Assembly (NCBI RefSeq): GCF_009914755.1
Contig: NC_060941.1
Origin: the human T2T-CHM13v2.0 reference genome, Homo sapiens
Direction: 5' to 3' (one strand)
Length of the DNA: 64,000 bases
Of the stretch, positions 15,450-30,626 are shown piece by piece (the stretch's first letter is position 1; each line of letters begins with the position of its first letter). Made by a program: the position numbers and the translations under genes. The notes beneath the pieces are model-generated. The model was not told where the DNA came from, did not search any database, and saw only the letters and a program-made list of their open reading frames with translations.

Positions 15450-15833
15450 CTGCAGGTGCAAAAGTGGAAGATTAATTTGCTTGTTTTGTTTCTTGCGTGT
15501 CTTCTCTGTTGGGCTACATGTTTTAAAAATAGCTTTGTCCTTAAATAACAGGTATGAACAAAGAAAAATTCACAAATAATTAAAATGAAAATTTAACTGT
15601 TAAACTTCTTCATCTAGGTTTAGCTACTCCCAAATCACTGGCTTGTAACTAAGAAGTTAAAAACAATTGTCTTACCTGAAAGGAGGAGAAAAATATGAAC
15701 CAGCAAACTTAACTTTGTCACTGTTTGTTTGGAATAAACTTAATTCATTATGTGTTAATTCTACCAAAAATGAATTAGCAGATGATTTCTAGTGTTACAA
15801 AGGCTTCCTCACTTGGAAAGTGAGCCCCTACAG

Positions 15834-15925
15834 TACATGTAAGTACTACATATTACTACATGTAAGTACTACATATTACTACATGTAAGTACTATATATT
15901 ACTACATGTAAGTTCTATAGATTAC
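15834..15925. repeat. 23-bp tandem repeat x4 (tacatgtaagtactacatattac)
   Basis: Copies start at 15834, 15857, 15880 and 15903. Confidence 0.93.
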
Positions 15926-16726
15926 TAACTGGAGGGTAGGCAATCTTCAAATTATTAGGAGCCCGAATCAACACCAATCAGAAAGAAAAGCAAATTCTTA
16001 AGTTTTAATTCAAATTATATACTGTAACATCATAGGGTTATATATCTAGACTATCTTCTTCAGTTCAGTTCTAATATATACTACGGTCCCCTAATAACAC
16101 TAACTAAAACTTTAAAGATAATTCTTACTAAGTTTCTGCATCTAAAAAGTTAGAAATTTATTGTTTGTACCCTAACACCAAAGATCCCATTCTGCAAGGT
16201 ACGATTCCCTTAATAGGCAGTTGGGTTGATTTCATAACCCCACTCTCACTGAATGTAGACCGTGAAGTCAATGAAAGGCCACATCTTTAACCTAGGCATT
16301 AGTAACTGGCAATATAAAACTGCAAAATTTGAGCCACTGGCCATGATTACTCTTAGACCATGAATCCAACTCAGTGGCCATCACTGTTAAATTGTTCATA
16401 ATTTCTGTTGCTTAATAATATAAGTCAATAATTGACATTACCTTCTTTATCCTGTAAGGATATTGTAAGAATGGAAGAGCAAACAAAATTCTGGAATGTT
16501 TGCCTCTACTCCAAGGGTAAAGATTAACTATAAGTTATGATAGATTCTAACAATATTGTGTTTTATAACTAGTTTAAATGTATTTAAAATTAAATATTAA
16601 GTAAGGATCTATTGATTCTCAAAGGCTAGTCTGAGAGGTAATTTCATTTGGGCTAGCTTATATTATTAAAGCAAAGAAAAAAGTATTAAACCAGACATTT
16701 AGATTTTAGTTTAAATGTTTCCACAC

Positions 16727-16800
16727 CTGTGGCTGCTTATTTTCGCATCCTTTAAGTCTTTCTTGCTCTTCCTCTGATGTCAGCTCCAAGTCTTGTTCTG
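16727..16800 (-). CDS. CCDC144B: CCDC144 coding exon 4 (AEQDLELTSEEEQERLKGCENKQPQ)
   Basis: acceptor ttttgcag|, donor CAG|gtgtgg; 74 nt; typical ANKRD26/POTE-family motif. Confidence 0.9.
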
Positions 16801-18120
16801 CTGCAAAATCCAAACGTTCAGTTAAACTACTTAGAACAGTTAGATAAAAGACATAGTCTTTATAAAAATAGATTTTAAATTACATTTCATTTTATTTCAT
16901 AAATTGAGAGTTTAAATGAAGCTTGATCTTTAGTGGAATACTTACTTCTTTAAGAAATACTTCTAATTCTCCAAAACTTCAACAAACCACTTTCTGGGAG
17001 ACACTAGATGCCACCAGGTAAAAGAAATACAATCATGTTGAAGATTCACTCACAGATTCATCCACCCAACATCAATGAACAAAGCCATCACAAACAAAAC
17101 AAAATTTTGGAATGCAGTAGCAATATTATCAGGCAATGCTGCATACTGTTCTCCACTTCATAATAGTACCTTATTAATGATTTCCAAAATGACTGTGGAC
17201 ACCTTTATTGGTGTACAACCTCTTCCTAACATCTGAAATGGTTCCCTGTATTATTCTGACAAATGTATTAATATTTTCATCTTTTAAAAGACTGCTAAAA
17301 ATAAATAAATAAAATACATAAAATAAAAAACAGACTGCTAGGTGAAGTTGACCCTCATCCTCATCTTTCCCCAGGGTAAACAGGTATCTAGGTATCTCCT
17401 TCCTTAGGGCTGCCCTAGAACTTTAATGATTTTTCTACTGCATCTCCACCACCTGAACTGTCAATTATTGCTTTACATGTCTATTCCCTCTGCTCCTTGA
17501 CTGTAGGGAACAATCTTGAAAATCATCTTTGTACAAAGAGTCATTATCTATTTTACTCAGCAATTATGTATTGAGTCTTGCTATGTGCTAGGCACTAGGA
17601 TTTAAAGAGTGAAAAGAAAGCATGTCAGAGATGACTTTTCTAGAGATCCTGCCTGAGCTGAGGCTTAAAGAGTGAGGCTAGCCTAATTAGAAGGGGTAGG
17701 GGACAGGAAAGAGTGAGAGCATGACAGGCAGCAACAAAAGGCAGAAAGAGGCCTGAAAGAGTATATGAGTTTGCCTGCAATCGAAGGATGGGTCAGCAGG
17801 ACAGGACCAGCAGTTCAGTAAGGCCAGAGAAAGGGCACACAGGGGAAAGGGCTAAAGATGGAGAGCTGAGCAGAATCACATTATGAAAGCCTTACGTATA
17901 ATTTTAAGATGCTTGGACATTAATGTTCTCAAGAGTGGTCCCTGGTCTTATTTGCATTGGTGATAGAACACTGTCAATGCCAAAACCAACATCCCTAGCA
18001 AACACATTTATTAACGCAAGGTGGTAGCTCATGTGGACACAGCCAAGGAGATACTATGCAGCAAATTCTCAATAAGTCTCATTAATTAGTGACTTGGAAA
18101 GTCAATTCTATAATACATAA

Positions 18121-18461
<341 letters not shown>

Positions 18462-18873
18462 GGAAGGTGTCTTTTAAATTATAGTGCATATAGTTATAAC
18501 TAACAGCTGTGAATTCAGAGCTGTAAAAATAAAGCAAAGAAACCACATTGTGTTTGAGTCAGCAATCTTTAGGTCTCTACTAAGTTATCCTAAATATAAT
18601 CCTATGTTAGTCCCTAAACATACTTAGTCCCTATATTCTAAATATAATCCTACTTCCTAAAGAAAATCATGCTTTCCCCTAATTCTCTGTTATCTAGATG
18701 TTGCTTTGGTTAAAGGAAGAACACAAATATCCTGCCAAAAGGTATTCTGTTCAGTGCAAAAGGTGAGTAAACACAAAGCACATTTTACCAGAAAAAGTTT
18801 TAAGTCAAAACTATAGCTCTATGCAGCCAAGCAGAGGCACTCTAGGACTGAATTCTCTATGCTTCTTTGTTAC

Positions 18874-19122
18874 CTTCTTTGCTCTCTTTGTTTTCTGGTA
18901 GCTGTGATTGGCACAGGTCATGGAGAGTATCATTCCCTGAGAGAAGTACAACTCCAGTGTCCATTTTTTCTCGTTCTGTTAAGTTCATCTGTCCCAGTTC
19001 TTTGGTTGCTGACTGATTTTCAGGCATTGATGGTGATACAGATGGACTTTTATCACCAACTTTCAGATTCTTGGATCTCTGACAAGTCTCATCACTAAGG
19101 GTCAAATTAGTAGGATGCCAAT
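18874..19122 (-). CDS. CCDC144B: CCDC144 coding exon 3 ([10 protein letters not shown]...PENKESKE)
   Basis: within ORF 18857..19150; acceptor ttttcag|, donor AAG|gtaac; 249 nt. Confidence 0.92.
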
Positions 19123-19688
19123 CTGAAAAATCCGAAAATGAAGTTTTCATTTTTAGGATGTAAATAACACAATAATTTGACTAACTTGTATACATGCTTT
19201 CTTCACAGAAACAGTCCCACATCCTGCTCTCTCCCACAACACACTATGCATTCAGGCTTATTATATTTTACATGTCCTATGCTTACAATTCATTCAGGTA
19301 AGTTTAATTAACTATCATCTCTCACTTTTCTACATTTTTACTGTTTACTATTACTTACTTTTATTCACTCAGCAGTCTCTATTACATATTTTGCTTTCCA
19401 TTAAGATTCTTTGTGGATATAAATTTTTTAAAACATAATTTATGTCTAACCATTTTAAGCTTAAATATACATGACAGCATTGTATGTATGTATTGTAGAG
19501 ACACAGGATTTACAAAAACTCATAATAAATATACTTTTAAAACTATTTTAATTATAATGAGATGGTCTTTTCTCAATTCACCACTATCTTCAGAATTTCC
19601 TTTCAAATACTTGGATAAACTTCATACATTTATTTGCAAAATAAGAGCTGTAAGGGCTCTAACTGTTCCCATGTGAGAACAGGATTAG

Positions 19689-20099
<411 letters not shown>

Positions 20100-20438
20100 T
20101 GAGATTTAAATTTTTTAAGACAAGTGAAAGAAAAAAGCCAAAAACACATAAGTGAAACTTTAAAGTCCATTTCTTCATAAAGGGTGCATTTATCCACAAC
20201 CACATATGTGGTTTAAAATGTTGACTCTCAATTATGATCTGAGAATCCCTGGAGTTCAAGATCCAGATGAGGGGCCAAGACGTCAAATAATACAAAATGT
20301 TATTTGCCATTTTCACTCTCATTCTGTTTCACGTGTACAGTGGAGCTTTTCATAGACATGGTGTGTCATAACATCATAGCTCTAATGGTGAATGGGTCAT
20401 AGTTCTAAAGGCTTTGGAATGTATGGCTGAGCGTGCTT

Positions 20439-20747
20439 GTTTTTTTTTGTTCGTTTGTTTGTTTTTTCAGATGGAGTCTCACTCTGTCACCCAGCCTGGA
20501 GTGCAGTGGCGCGATCTCGGCTCACTGCAAGCTCCGCCTGCCAGGTTCACACCATTCTCTGCCTCAGCCTCCCGAGTAGCTGGGACTACCGGCGCCCTCC
20601 ACCACGCCCGGCTAATTTTTTGTATTTTTAGTAGAGACGGGGTTTCACCGTGTTAGCCAGGATGGTCTCGATCTCCTGACCTCGTGATCCGCCCGCCTCG
20701 GCCTCCCAAAGTGCTGGCATTACAGGCGTTAGCCACCACGCCTGGCC
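20439..20747 (-). mobile_element. AluY
   Basis: AluY diagnostics; TSD tgcttgtttt. Confidence 0.95.
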
Positions 20748-22659
20748 GCATGCTTGTTTTTAAAATATTTTAGTTTTTATTTCTAAAATAGTAAATATCA
20801 AAAGACACAACCGACTTAAATAAAAGCTCTTTGGAATTTGCAATAATTTTTCTTTATTTTAATTATTTATTTATCATTATGAAGAGAGTTTGAGATCCAG
20901 TCATTTGATAGAAAACCAGAGCTTCCTGTGTCAATAAGGACTGACCTCAAAAATGTAATGTGACCAGACAAAAGAAAGTTGCAAAATATGTAGAGTGTAA
21001 AACAATTTATATACAATTTTAGGACATGAAAACAAATTCTACATATTATTTATGACCATACACATATGTAATAAAATGTTTTAAAAGGGAATGGACATAA
21101 TAAATTCTTAATTCAGGGTGTTGGTTACCTCTAGGCAATAATATTTAATCATATAAAACGAACCCCAGGCCAAAAAGTTTCAGAATCAATGTTTTAAAAG
21201 ACTGTGTCCACCATGTAGTTATTAAGGGTAATTAATTGCTTTCTTCGTTTTTGATAATCAAAACACACACACATGATTTGCTGACCAGAATATCTGACTG
21301 GCTTAAAATCATCAGTATAGCCACACTATGATGAAATAATTAAACTTAAAGCACAACTAACATATTGGCAAGTAAAGTTTGTCTTATCTGATAAGTTTTG
21401 GTGCTGCACGTTCACCTTATATTCTTTCCACCTTTCTAATACCCCACTCTTCTTTTGAAGTATTATCTCATTTTACCACCCTCCATCATATCCACTTGCT
21501 TCTTTTCCCTTCATTTACTCTCTGTACTCTCTGCCTTCCACATTCTTTATTCCCCCTTTTACTCTTATCCTCTTCCTTCTATCCTGACATTGCATATCTA
21601 GGGTTCAGTAGTATCCACTGTTCCAGGCATTCACTGGGGGTCTTGGAACATAACCCCCATGGATAAGGGGGGAAAACTGTACATTTTATTGTGTAGGTCT
21701 ATGGGTGCTGTGCTGTGTTATGTGGCAAAACATAGGGAAGAGACCAGGGATAAGGATCTTTGCAAAGACTTTTCAGCTGCCAGTGGAGAAGAGCTCAAGG
21801 GAGATCAATGTACTCACTCTCACTAATCCTCTTCTGGGGCAGATGCTGGCAATGTTTACTGAGTTCTAGCTATTTTCCCTAGCACAAACAAGGCTCAAAT
21901 TCACCTCCCATTTTACCTCCTATGGACAGAACCACTGGAAAGATCACTCCCTTAAAGAGCTTATTCACTCTGAGCCACACCATTCATTCAGTGAGAAGCT
22001 TAAGAAGAAACACTGCCACAGTGGTGGCAGGTTGCCAGGGAGTACTACCTGGTATGAAAAATATATATAAACAGAACTATCAGCTCACTCAAGCTGCCAG
22101 AATGTGCCAACAGTTGTTACTCTCTCTGGTGAAAACAACATTATTTTTCATTTATTGTAAAGAAAAACACTGGCATTTCCTATGACAGAGCATTTAGTTG
22201 TAGATGAGCCATATTCTAATAATATAGACTGTTTTCAAGCTCATCCCTAAAAGGAAGAGAACCAGAGAGGAACATATTTATTCACCTGTAGTGTTCACTG
22301 CCTGATCTTCTTTTTAAGTGCAAGGTAAGTATGCAAGACTTTGTGATTCCAGTTTTATAAAGTCCAGCTCTTGAGATTATCCCGTCCCATCGCTAGACTC
22401 TATCTGGACCCATCTCCTAGAGCACGATGGTCCAGTTAGTGCTGTGGAATACTGCATGATGCCATTTTTCCCCACCCTCCCCGTTACGTGGCAAACGTCT
22501 ACAGAAATCACGCTTTCTCAGCACGTCAAATCATACGCCATCAGATCCTGTTCTGATGAACACAACATGAGGAAAACAAACACAAGGACAAAGAACATCT
22601 AAAATGACAGAATCAAATTACCATGGAACTTTATTGTTTAAATATTCAAAAAGATATCC

Positions 22660-23075
22660 ACCACTGTTTTATTCCAACTATATGACTAGTCTGGAAAAAG
22701 CAAAACTACTGAGACACCAAAAAGACCAATGGTTGCCAGAAACCAGTGGAGAGGAAGAGACGAAACAGTGGAGGACAGAGGATATTTAGGGCAGTGAAAC
22801 TATTTTGTCTGTGATACTACAAGGGTATATACATGCCATCACACATTTGTCCAACACCATAGAATGTACAAAACCAAGAGTGAACCCTAACGTAGACTGT
22901 GGACCTTGGGGGTGATGTGTCTGTCAAGGTAGATTCCTCAACTGTAACTCTGATGAACTCTGATGGGGGGTACTGATAATGAGGGAGGCTATTCATATGT
23001 CAGGGGTCATGGGAAATATGGAAAATCTCTGTACCTTCTCAATTTTGCTGTGAATCTAGAACTGCTCAGAAAATA
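22660..23075 (+). mobile_element. L1MC-like 3' fragment
   Basis: ggaaaaagcaaaactactgagac...agagtgaaccctaacgtagactgtggacc...ctcaattttgctgtgaa; same family as 1400-1840. Confidence 0.75.
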
Positions 23076-23659
23076 ATATTATTAATTCTAAAGCACATAC
23101 TCACTGAACTTGCTATTACCCTAAATTATAAAAAGACAGAGTCACCTTGAAAATTGCAAATCACTAAAGATCAAGGTAACAGAATACGAGTACTATCTCC
23201 GAAATTGAAGCATATAAAAACACATAAAGCAATTAATTTTAATTGTATACTTAGGCAAAAAAAAATTCACAAAAATGATTGAATATCTGATCTTATTTCA
23301 TAATTGTAAACAGGGATTTAGTACAATATGAATCAAAACTGGTCCATCCATGAAAATAAAATGAAAGACAATTTTTATTCTAATTTTAAATCAGAACTTA
23401 TTATGCCTACTTTATCCCACAATTTTACTGAAAGGTTAATCAGATAAGAAGGACAGATTATAATTACTTAATATTGCCATAGTAACTTATGTACCAATAC
23501 CTGTTAAGTATTCACCAAATGTCAAAACTGTAAGCAGCCTTGCTATTTAATATGAATGATGCAGCTGAAACCAGTACCATGTTATGGTCTATCATATTAT
23601 TTGCTATTGTATTATATAAAATGTTAAGATAACACCAAAAATTTACTCAGGGGCATAGC

Positions 23660-24243
23660 TGCTGGGCAGCAAAGATTTCATATAGCAGGCATGAGACACC
23701 CATCCTTAGAAAGGCTTGCTTGCAAGACTAGTCCTTGGCTGGTGTTTGGGACCTTGAATTTGGGAGGGTTCCCAGCATTCCCTAACTTAGAAGAAGGGAG
23801 TGGCTCACTGTGCCTAAAGTGTTTGTGCAAATGTGGTTTACTATGAACAATTAATTTCCTCCTGGGAGTCTAGAGTTTTGTTACATGTGAGGGAGAGGAG
23901 AGGTGGCCTATGTGACTAGCCTCCATCGAAAACATGGGTGCTGAGCCTCTAATGAAACTCTGGTAAGGTAGACAACATTGCACATGTGTCGTCAAAATTT
24001 GAGGCTGGGGGAATTAAGCATATCCTGCTAGCTACACAGGAGATGACTCCTGTAGCTTGTGCCTGGCTTCCTCCAGACTTTGACACATGCACCTTTTCCT
24101 TTCTCAAATGTTGCTTTGTGTCTTTTTGCTGTATTAAATGTAATAAATCAAAGCCCCAAGTATGACTATCTGCTGAGTCCTGTGAGTCCTTCTCAGTGAA
24201 TTACCAAACCTCAGTGAAGGGGGTCTTGGGAACCCCTGATACA
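23660..24243 (+). mobile_element. MER21-like solo LTR
   Basis: gtggctcactgtgcctaaa...gcttgtgcctggcttcctccagacttt...ctgagtcctgtgagtccttc...gtcttgggaacccctgataca. Confidence 0.8.
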
Positions 24244-24730
24244 ATTGCATTAAACAATTTTTTATTGTTTAAGTTGATGTGTTACATGTGACTACAATCA
24301 GAAGGTAATTTCACAGAATACCTTTCCCTAATCTGCTTATTTTTTATTTTTTGACATTTGCCTTGGAGATTCCTGTACTTCTATATCCACTGGACTAAAG
24401 GCATTAAAAATGCATGAAACAATGATGTCAGAAAGTAATTTTTAAAAGCAACAATCCTATTTTAACTCAATTAAAAATAGAAAATCTTAATGACTGACAA
24501 TATATTCTACAGTATAAAAGTTTCTGGAACAAAAAATTATAAGATCACAGTCAATTTTCTCCCACTAGGTAGGATTTAATTCATTTTTATAATAATTGTG
24601 CAGCAGGCCAGGTGCAGTAGCACACATCTGTTGTTCCACCTACTCAGGAGGCTGAGGCAGAACGATTGCTTGAGGCTAGGAACTAAAGCTGCAGTGTGCT
24701 ATAATCACACCCGTTCAAAAAAAAAGTCCA

Positions 24731-25062
<332 letters not shown>

Positions 25063-26962
25063 TCAGTAAGGATCAACAGGACTTTTAACTTATCTGGCCG
25101 GGAGAAGAGACATCTTATGTATAGATGGTTAAAAGTGTGGTAATCCAATTGACCACATATTCTAGTTAAATCACAGATTACCAATTTCTGAAGAAATGTA
25201 ATACCACAAAAGCACTTCACATTTAAACTATGTCAGATAAAACAATTTGTATTTGACAACCCAGAAGACACTTAAAATCTTGGCAGACCATCATTGTGTC
25301 ATTGTGGTGCAGATATAAAGAAGTGCATTTGAAATGTGTTCTAATAGTATTTTCTTTAGGAATGGAATTCAAAAGGAAGCAGTAAGAGCAGAAATATCAC
25401 AAGAGGGTAAATGAAAAGGGAACTGCACTAACAAAAGGAGTCAGGCACTGACTTTTCTCCTGATGTGACCAAAACCCCAAGTACTGAGAACTGCTATATT
25501 CAGCATTTCACTTTATATTTTTCTCCAGGACATTATATTAGTTTCCTGCAATAAAATATTTTTAAAATGTCAGTTTGTCTAAACTGCTGGCCTGTAAACT
25601 ATTTCTAATCAAAACCTGAAATTGTGTCACAACATGGCTGTATTATGATTCCATGTCAGAGGAACGATATATACGTGCATCTGGTGGTGGCTTCCAGTTG
25701 TTGCTGTCAGATGTTTGTTTGGGAATGCATTCAGAAGAGCCTATCAAGGACTTGAGTACCAAACAAGCATTTCCACAAAAAAGCAGGTAAGAAAGACTAC
25801 ACTTTTCCTCACATATGACCTTAGGTTTAGACAATTCTAGGAAAATGGTGGTACATTAACTCACCAGTCTTGACCATTTTCCCTGATCCTGTACAGGGAG
25901 CTGCTGCAGTTACAAAAGTTAGGTAGGATCTTGGTAGGTGTATTCTTCCCCATTTGAACATCAGAAGTACTGATCACATAAACAGCGAACCCCACAACTC
26001 TATGATTGTTCTTTAGAAGACAGTGCCACTGAAGGCTTTTAAAAGGTTAACTCACTTTACTTTTTAGTAATCTTACTGGTTAGAATTGATACTCCCTCCT
26101 TGAAATTCTCACCTTTGTTAATTTTTGCAACATCACTTTATGATTCCTCTCCTCTTTTTCTTTAGCCACGGCTCAGGCTTCTTTCCTAATTCCTCTGGGA
26201 AATGCTGATATTCCCAGGGTTCTGTCACTGGCCCTCTGCTCATTCTATACCTTTCCCATCATGGACAAGCTCACTCAGATCTACAACTTTGCCTCAGTTA
26301 TTCCAAGTCTGCAACTCCAACCTCAGAGTTCCATCTCCAGCCATAAAAATTTTTCCAATTACCTACTGAAAATATCCCACATGGACATTTCAGTAAACTC
26401 AGCAATGCAGAGAAAACTGTTAGTCGTGACTGCTGACCTGCTGCTCTCCTCTATACACCTGAAAACTGCCTACTCCCTCGTGTCCAGGTTAAATGCTAGG
26501 GCACAAGCCAGAAACCTGAGAATCATCTGAGATTTCTCCCTATCCCCTATCTTTTTACATTCAACAATCACTAAATCATATTAACTGTACCTCTTTTCTG
26601 CATCTGCTTTATATTTCCACTGTGACACATTTATTTTATGTTTATATTTCCTAGTTAAACATGGGCTCTTAAGAATTGGCTTTTATAGGGAAAAAACAAC
26701 TATTAATGTTATTTCTTAAATGAAAAAAAAAGTTTAAGTAAAATAAATGAAAAAGGCATCATGCCAAGAAAAAGACCGACATTTTTAAATGAATAACTGA
26801 GCTCCTTAACCTTACTGATTTCACCATGGATGGGTGAAAACCTCACAACAGACCGACACTAGTCTGAGGACAGCACAAGGAAACTATAGCTCTGATAAAT
26901 GCAAATGTTTCTTTTGTTTCCCTGTCTCTTTATGTGGTTATCTTCCAGCTGCTCTCCATATG

Positions 26963-27157
26963 AGGGGTCAGCAAACTACAGGCCATGGAGCAAATCCAGT
27001 CTGCCTTATAGTTTTGTAAATAAAGTTTTACCGGAGCTCAGTCATGTATATTTGCTTGCCTTTTTATGACTGTTTTCATACTTCAATGGTAGGGTTGAGT
27101 AGGAATGACAGACCACATGAAAAAGCCCTGTACAGAAAATGCTTGCCAATCCCTGCT
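26963..27157. mobile_element. MER58A-like hAT MITE
   Basis: aggggtcagcaaact...ttgccaatccctg terminal inverted repeats. Confidence 0.78.
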
Positions 27158-27702
27158 TTATACCATAACCAGATTGCCCTAATACTCAAATCTAATCATG
27201 TGACTCCCCACTCCAATGAGTCCCTACAGTAAACATTGCTGTCTCCCTACCCAATAGCGATTCCCTGTTTCTCAATAGAGAAACACGCATCTATTTGGAT
27301 ATTTATCATGCCAATAGCCCTCCCCACTCCAAAAGAAGAAATGATTATTCTAAGCTCATCATAGTAATTACATTTGCTTCCCCAGTGCCTGCTTTAGGAA
27401 TGAGCATGTGGTAGGACCCAGCCAATAAAATGTTACAGGAAGTCAACTGCACCCTTCTGAGTCTTCTCCCTAACTAAAAGAAACATGTAAAGATATTGTC
27501 GGTGAGACCACGATGTTTGGAGCTGTTGCTAATTAGTCAGCCATGAAAACAGACATGAACAAAACACCATGTTATCACTGAACCATCAAAACAACTCTGG
27601 TCCCTACTGTTTTAGCCACTGTTAGTTAGGTCATCTAGTATTTACAGCCCAAAGCATTCCACCTGGTAAATTTCCCATGGCCTACAGGAAAAGTTCTACT
27701 CA

Positions 27703-28025
<323 letters not shown>

Positions 28026-28061
28026 CGAGATCTACTCATTTCTATAGTATTAAAAAGTCTG

Positions 28062-28368
<307 letters not shown>

Positions 28369-28746
28369 TTAGGTATTCACTTCATTCCCAACCATTCACA
28401 TCTCATATGTTTTGCACTGGCAAAACTGAACTGCTCATAAACCCTGCAAAGTTCACTCAAGCATCTTACTTTTGCACTCGCTGCTCCTTCTGCCACACAC
28501 ACAATCTTCTGCCCACATCATCCTTCTGCCTCTTTACCTAGAAAAGTTCTACTCACTCTTCATGCTTACCTTAAATCTTACCCACTTTTTTACAGCTTTC
28601 ATTCCTCACCACATAAAGTGTCTGGCACATATTTAACATAATAAATGATCACTATACGGTTCCAGAGGGCATCTAACACAGTAGTAGGCACTGAATAAAT
28701 AATTCATCAAATAATTAAAGTGACAATGATAATAACAAGCTCCTGG

Positions 28747-29069
28747 GTTTTGTTGGTTTGTTTTTTTTCTTTTTTGAGACAGGGTCTCACTCTGTTACCC
28801 AGACATGAGCGCAGTGGCATGATCATAGCTCACTGTAGCCTCAAACAGCCAGGCTCAAGCAATCCTCCCACCTCAGCCTCCCAAGTAGCTGGAAGTACAG
28901 GCACCTGGCACCATGCCCAGCTAATGTTTTATTGTTTTTTAAAAAATTTAGTAGAGATGAGGTCTTGTCATGTTGCCTGGGCTGGTCTCGAACTTCTGGG
29001 CTCAAGTGATCCTCCCATCTCAGCCTCCCAAAGTGATGAGATTACAGGCATGCACCACTGTGCTGGCCC
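28747..29069 (-). mobile_element. AluJ
   Basis: atcatagctcactgtagcctc...ggctcaagcaatcctccc J diagnostics. Confidence 0.9.
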
Positions 29070-29774
29070 CAACAGTATTTTTAAATGTCTGTATTCTGTA
29101 ACATTAGAAAAAAAAAGCTTAGTACTAAAAGACATTTGATAATTATTTGTTAAGTGGACAAATGAATAAATGATTTCCTTGAAAATTCTGTTGAAAAAAA
29201 CACAGAAATTAAATAGAGAAAGCTCTGTTCTATCATGAGCACCTCAAAGACCAAAACTATGTCTATTTCATGTTTGTCTCCCATAACGTGCAAAACCTAA
29301 CTTAGAGAAGTTCTTTGATTAATATGTACTAAATTAAAGGTGTCCTCTTACAGTTCAGATTGTCCAATGCATTAGGCATCACATCTTGGAAGCACAGAAG
29401 CATTTTTTGTTATTGTGAAACATTTTTATACTTTCATTATAATTTGTTGAGCCTAGAGTTGGGCTATTTGAATATTTATTATGATAATCTTTTGGCTAAT
29501 GGTAACAGCATATCTTGTTCTAACAAAATTACTGTTAACATAGCAATTAACCAGCAGGTAGAAAAACACATCTTGTTCTAATGAAGTAAATATACCTCAT
29601 TCGATTTCAAATTGGGGGAAAGTCAATAATAGTGACACCTTGTTGGTTTATAAGTATGTAACATGACCTGTTCTTCTCAACAAGGAATTGCTTTTCTGAC
29701 TTCTGCACTCAGAAGGTCTCTTTAAAAAATAATTTCCCATTAGTATTAGTGCACATTGGGTATGTTTGGCAGGG

Positions 29775-30081
29775 TTTTGTTTGTGTTTTTGTTTTTGTTT
29801 TTTTCTGAGACAGGGTCTCACTCTGTCATCCAGGTTGTGATCATGATCACAGCTCACTACAGCCTTGACTCCCAGGCTCAAGCGATCCTCCCATCTCAGT
29901 CTCCCAAGTAGCTGGGATTACAGGTGTGCACCAAAACACCCAGCTAATTTTGTATTTGTTTTTGTAGAGATGTGGTCTCACTCTGTCACCCAGGCTGGTC
30001 TGGAACTTCTGGACACAAGCGATCCTCCCACCTAGGCCTCCCAACTTGCTGGGACTGCAGGTGTGGGCAGCACACCTGGCC
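29775..30081 (-). mobile_element. AluJ
   Basis: J-type diagnostics. Confidence 0.9.
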
Positions 30082-30189
30082 ATTTCACAGTTCTTATTGC
30101 CATTTGTTTATGGTGCCAGAAAGGTATTGCTGAGTTTCCAGTTTTGAAACTAATTTCTTTTTTTTAGTGACACAAATCACTATGTAATA

Positions 30190-30626
30190 TAGTTAGCCTT
30201 TGAACAACACGGATTTGAACTGCAGGGGTCTACTTATGAGCAGATTTTCTCCCACCTCTACCACCTGAGACAGCGAAGACCAATCTTCCTCTTCCTCCTT
30301 CTCCTTAGCCTGCTCAACTTGAAGACTATGATGAAGAGTTATAGAATGATCCACTTGCATTTAATGAACAGTAAGCGTATTTTTTCTGCCTTATGATTTT
30401 CTTAACAGTTTATTTCCCTAGCTTCCTTTATTGTAAGAATACAGCATATTAATACATATACCATACCAAACATATCTTAATTGACTGTTTATGTTATCAA
30501 TAAGGCTGCTGGTCAACAGTTAGCTATTAGTAGTTACGTTCTTGGGGGAGTCAAAAGTTATACACAGATGTTTGACTGCAGAGGGAATCAAGCATCCCTA
30601 AATTCCACATTGTTAAGGGTCAATTG
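30190..30626. mobile_element. Tigger2a/MER28-like Tc1-mariner MITE
   Basis: Ends agttagcctttgaacaacac...tgttaagggtcaattg form degenerate TIRs; the body is typical. Confidence 0.8.

Noticed and set aside
15834-15925. Repeated ACATGT as a p53 response element array
   Set aside because: The flanks do not fit RRRCWWGYYY and the half-site spacing is wrong
25643-25834. Exon-like unique segment / 63-aa ORF in intron 2
   Set aside because: No recognisable homology and no consistent acceptor-donor pair on one strand; cannot be supported without RNA data
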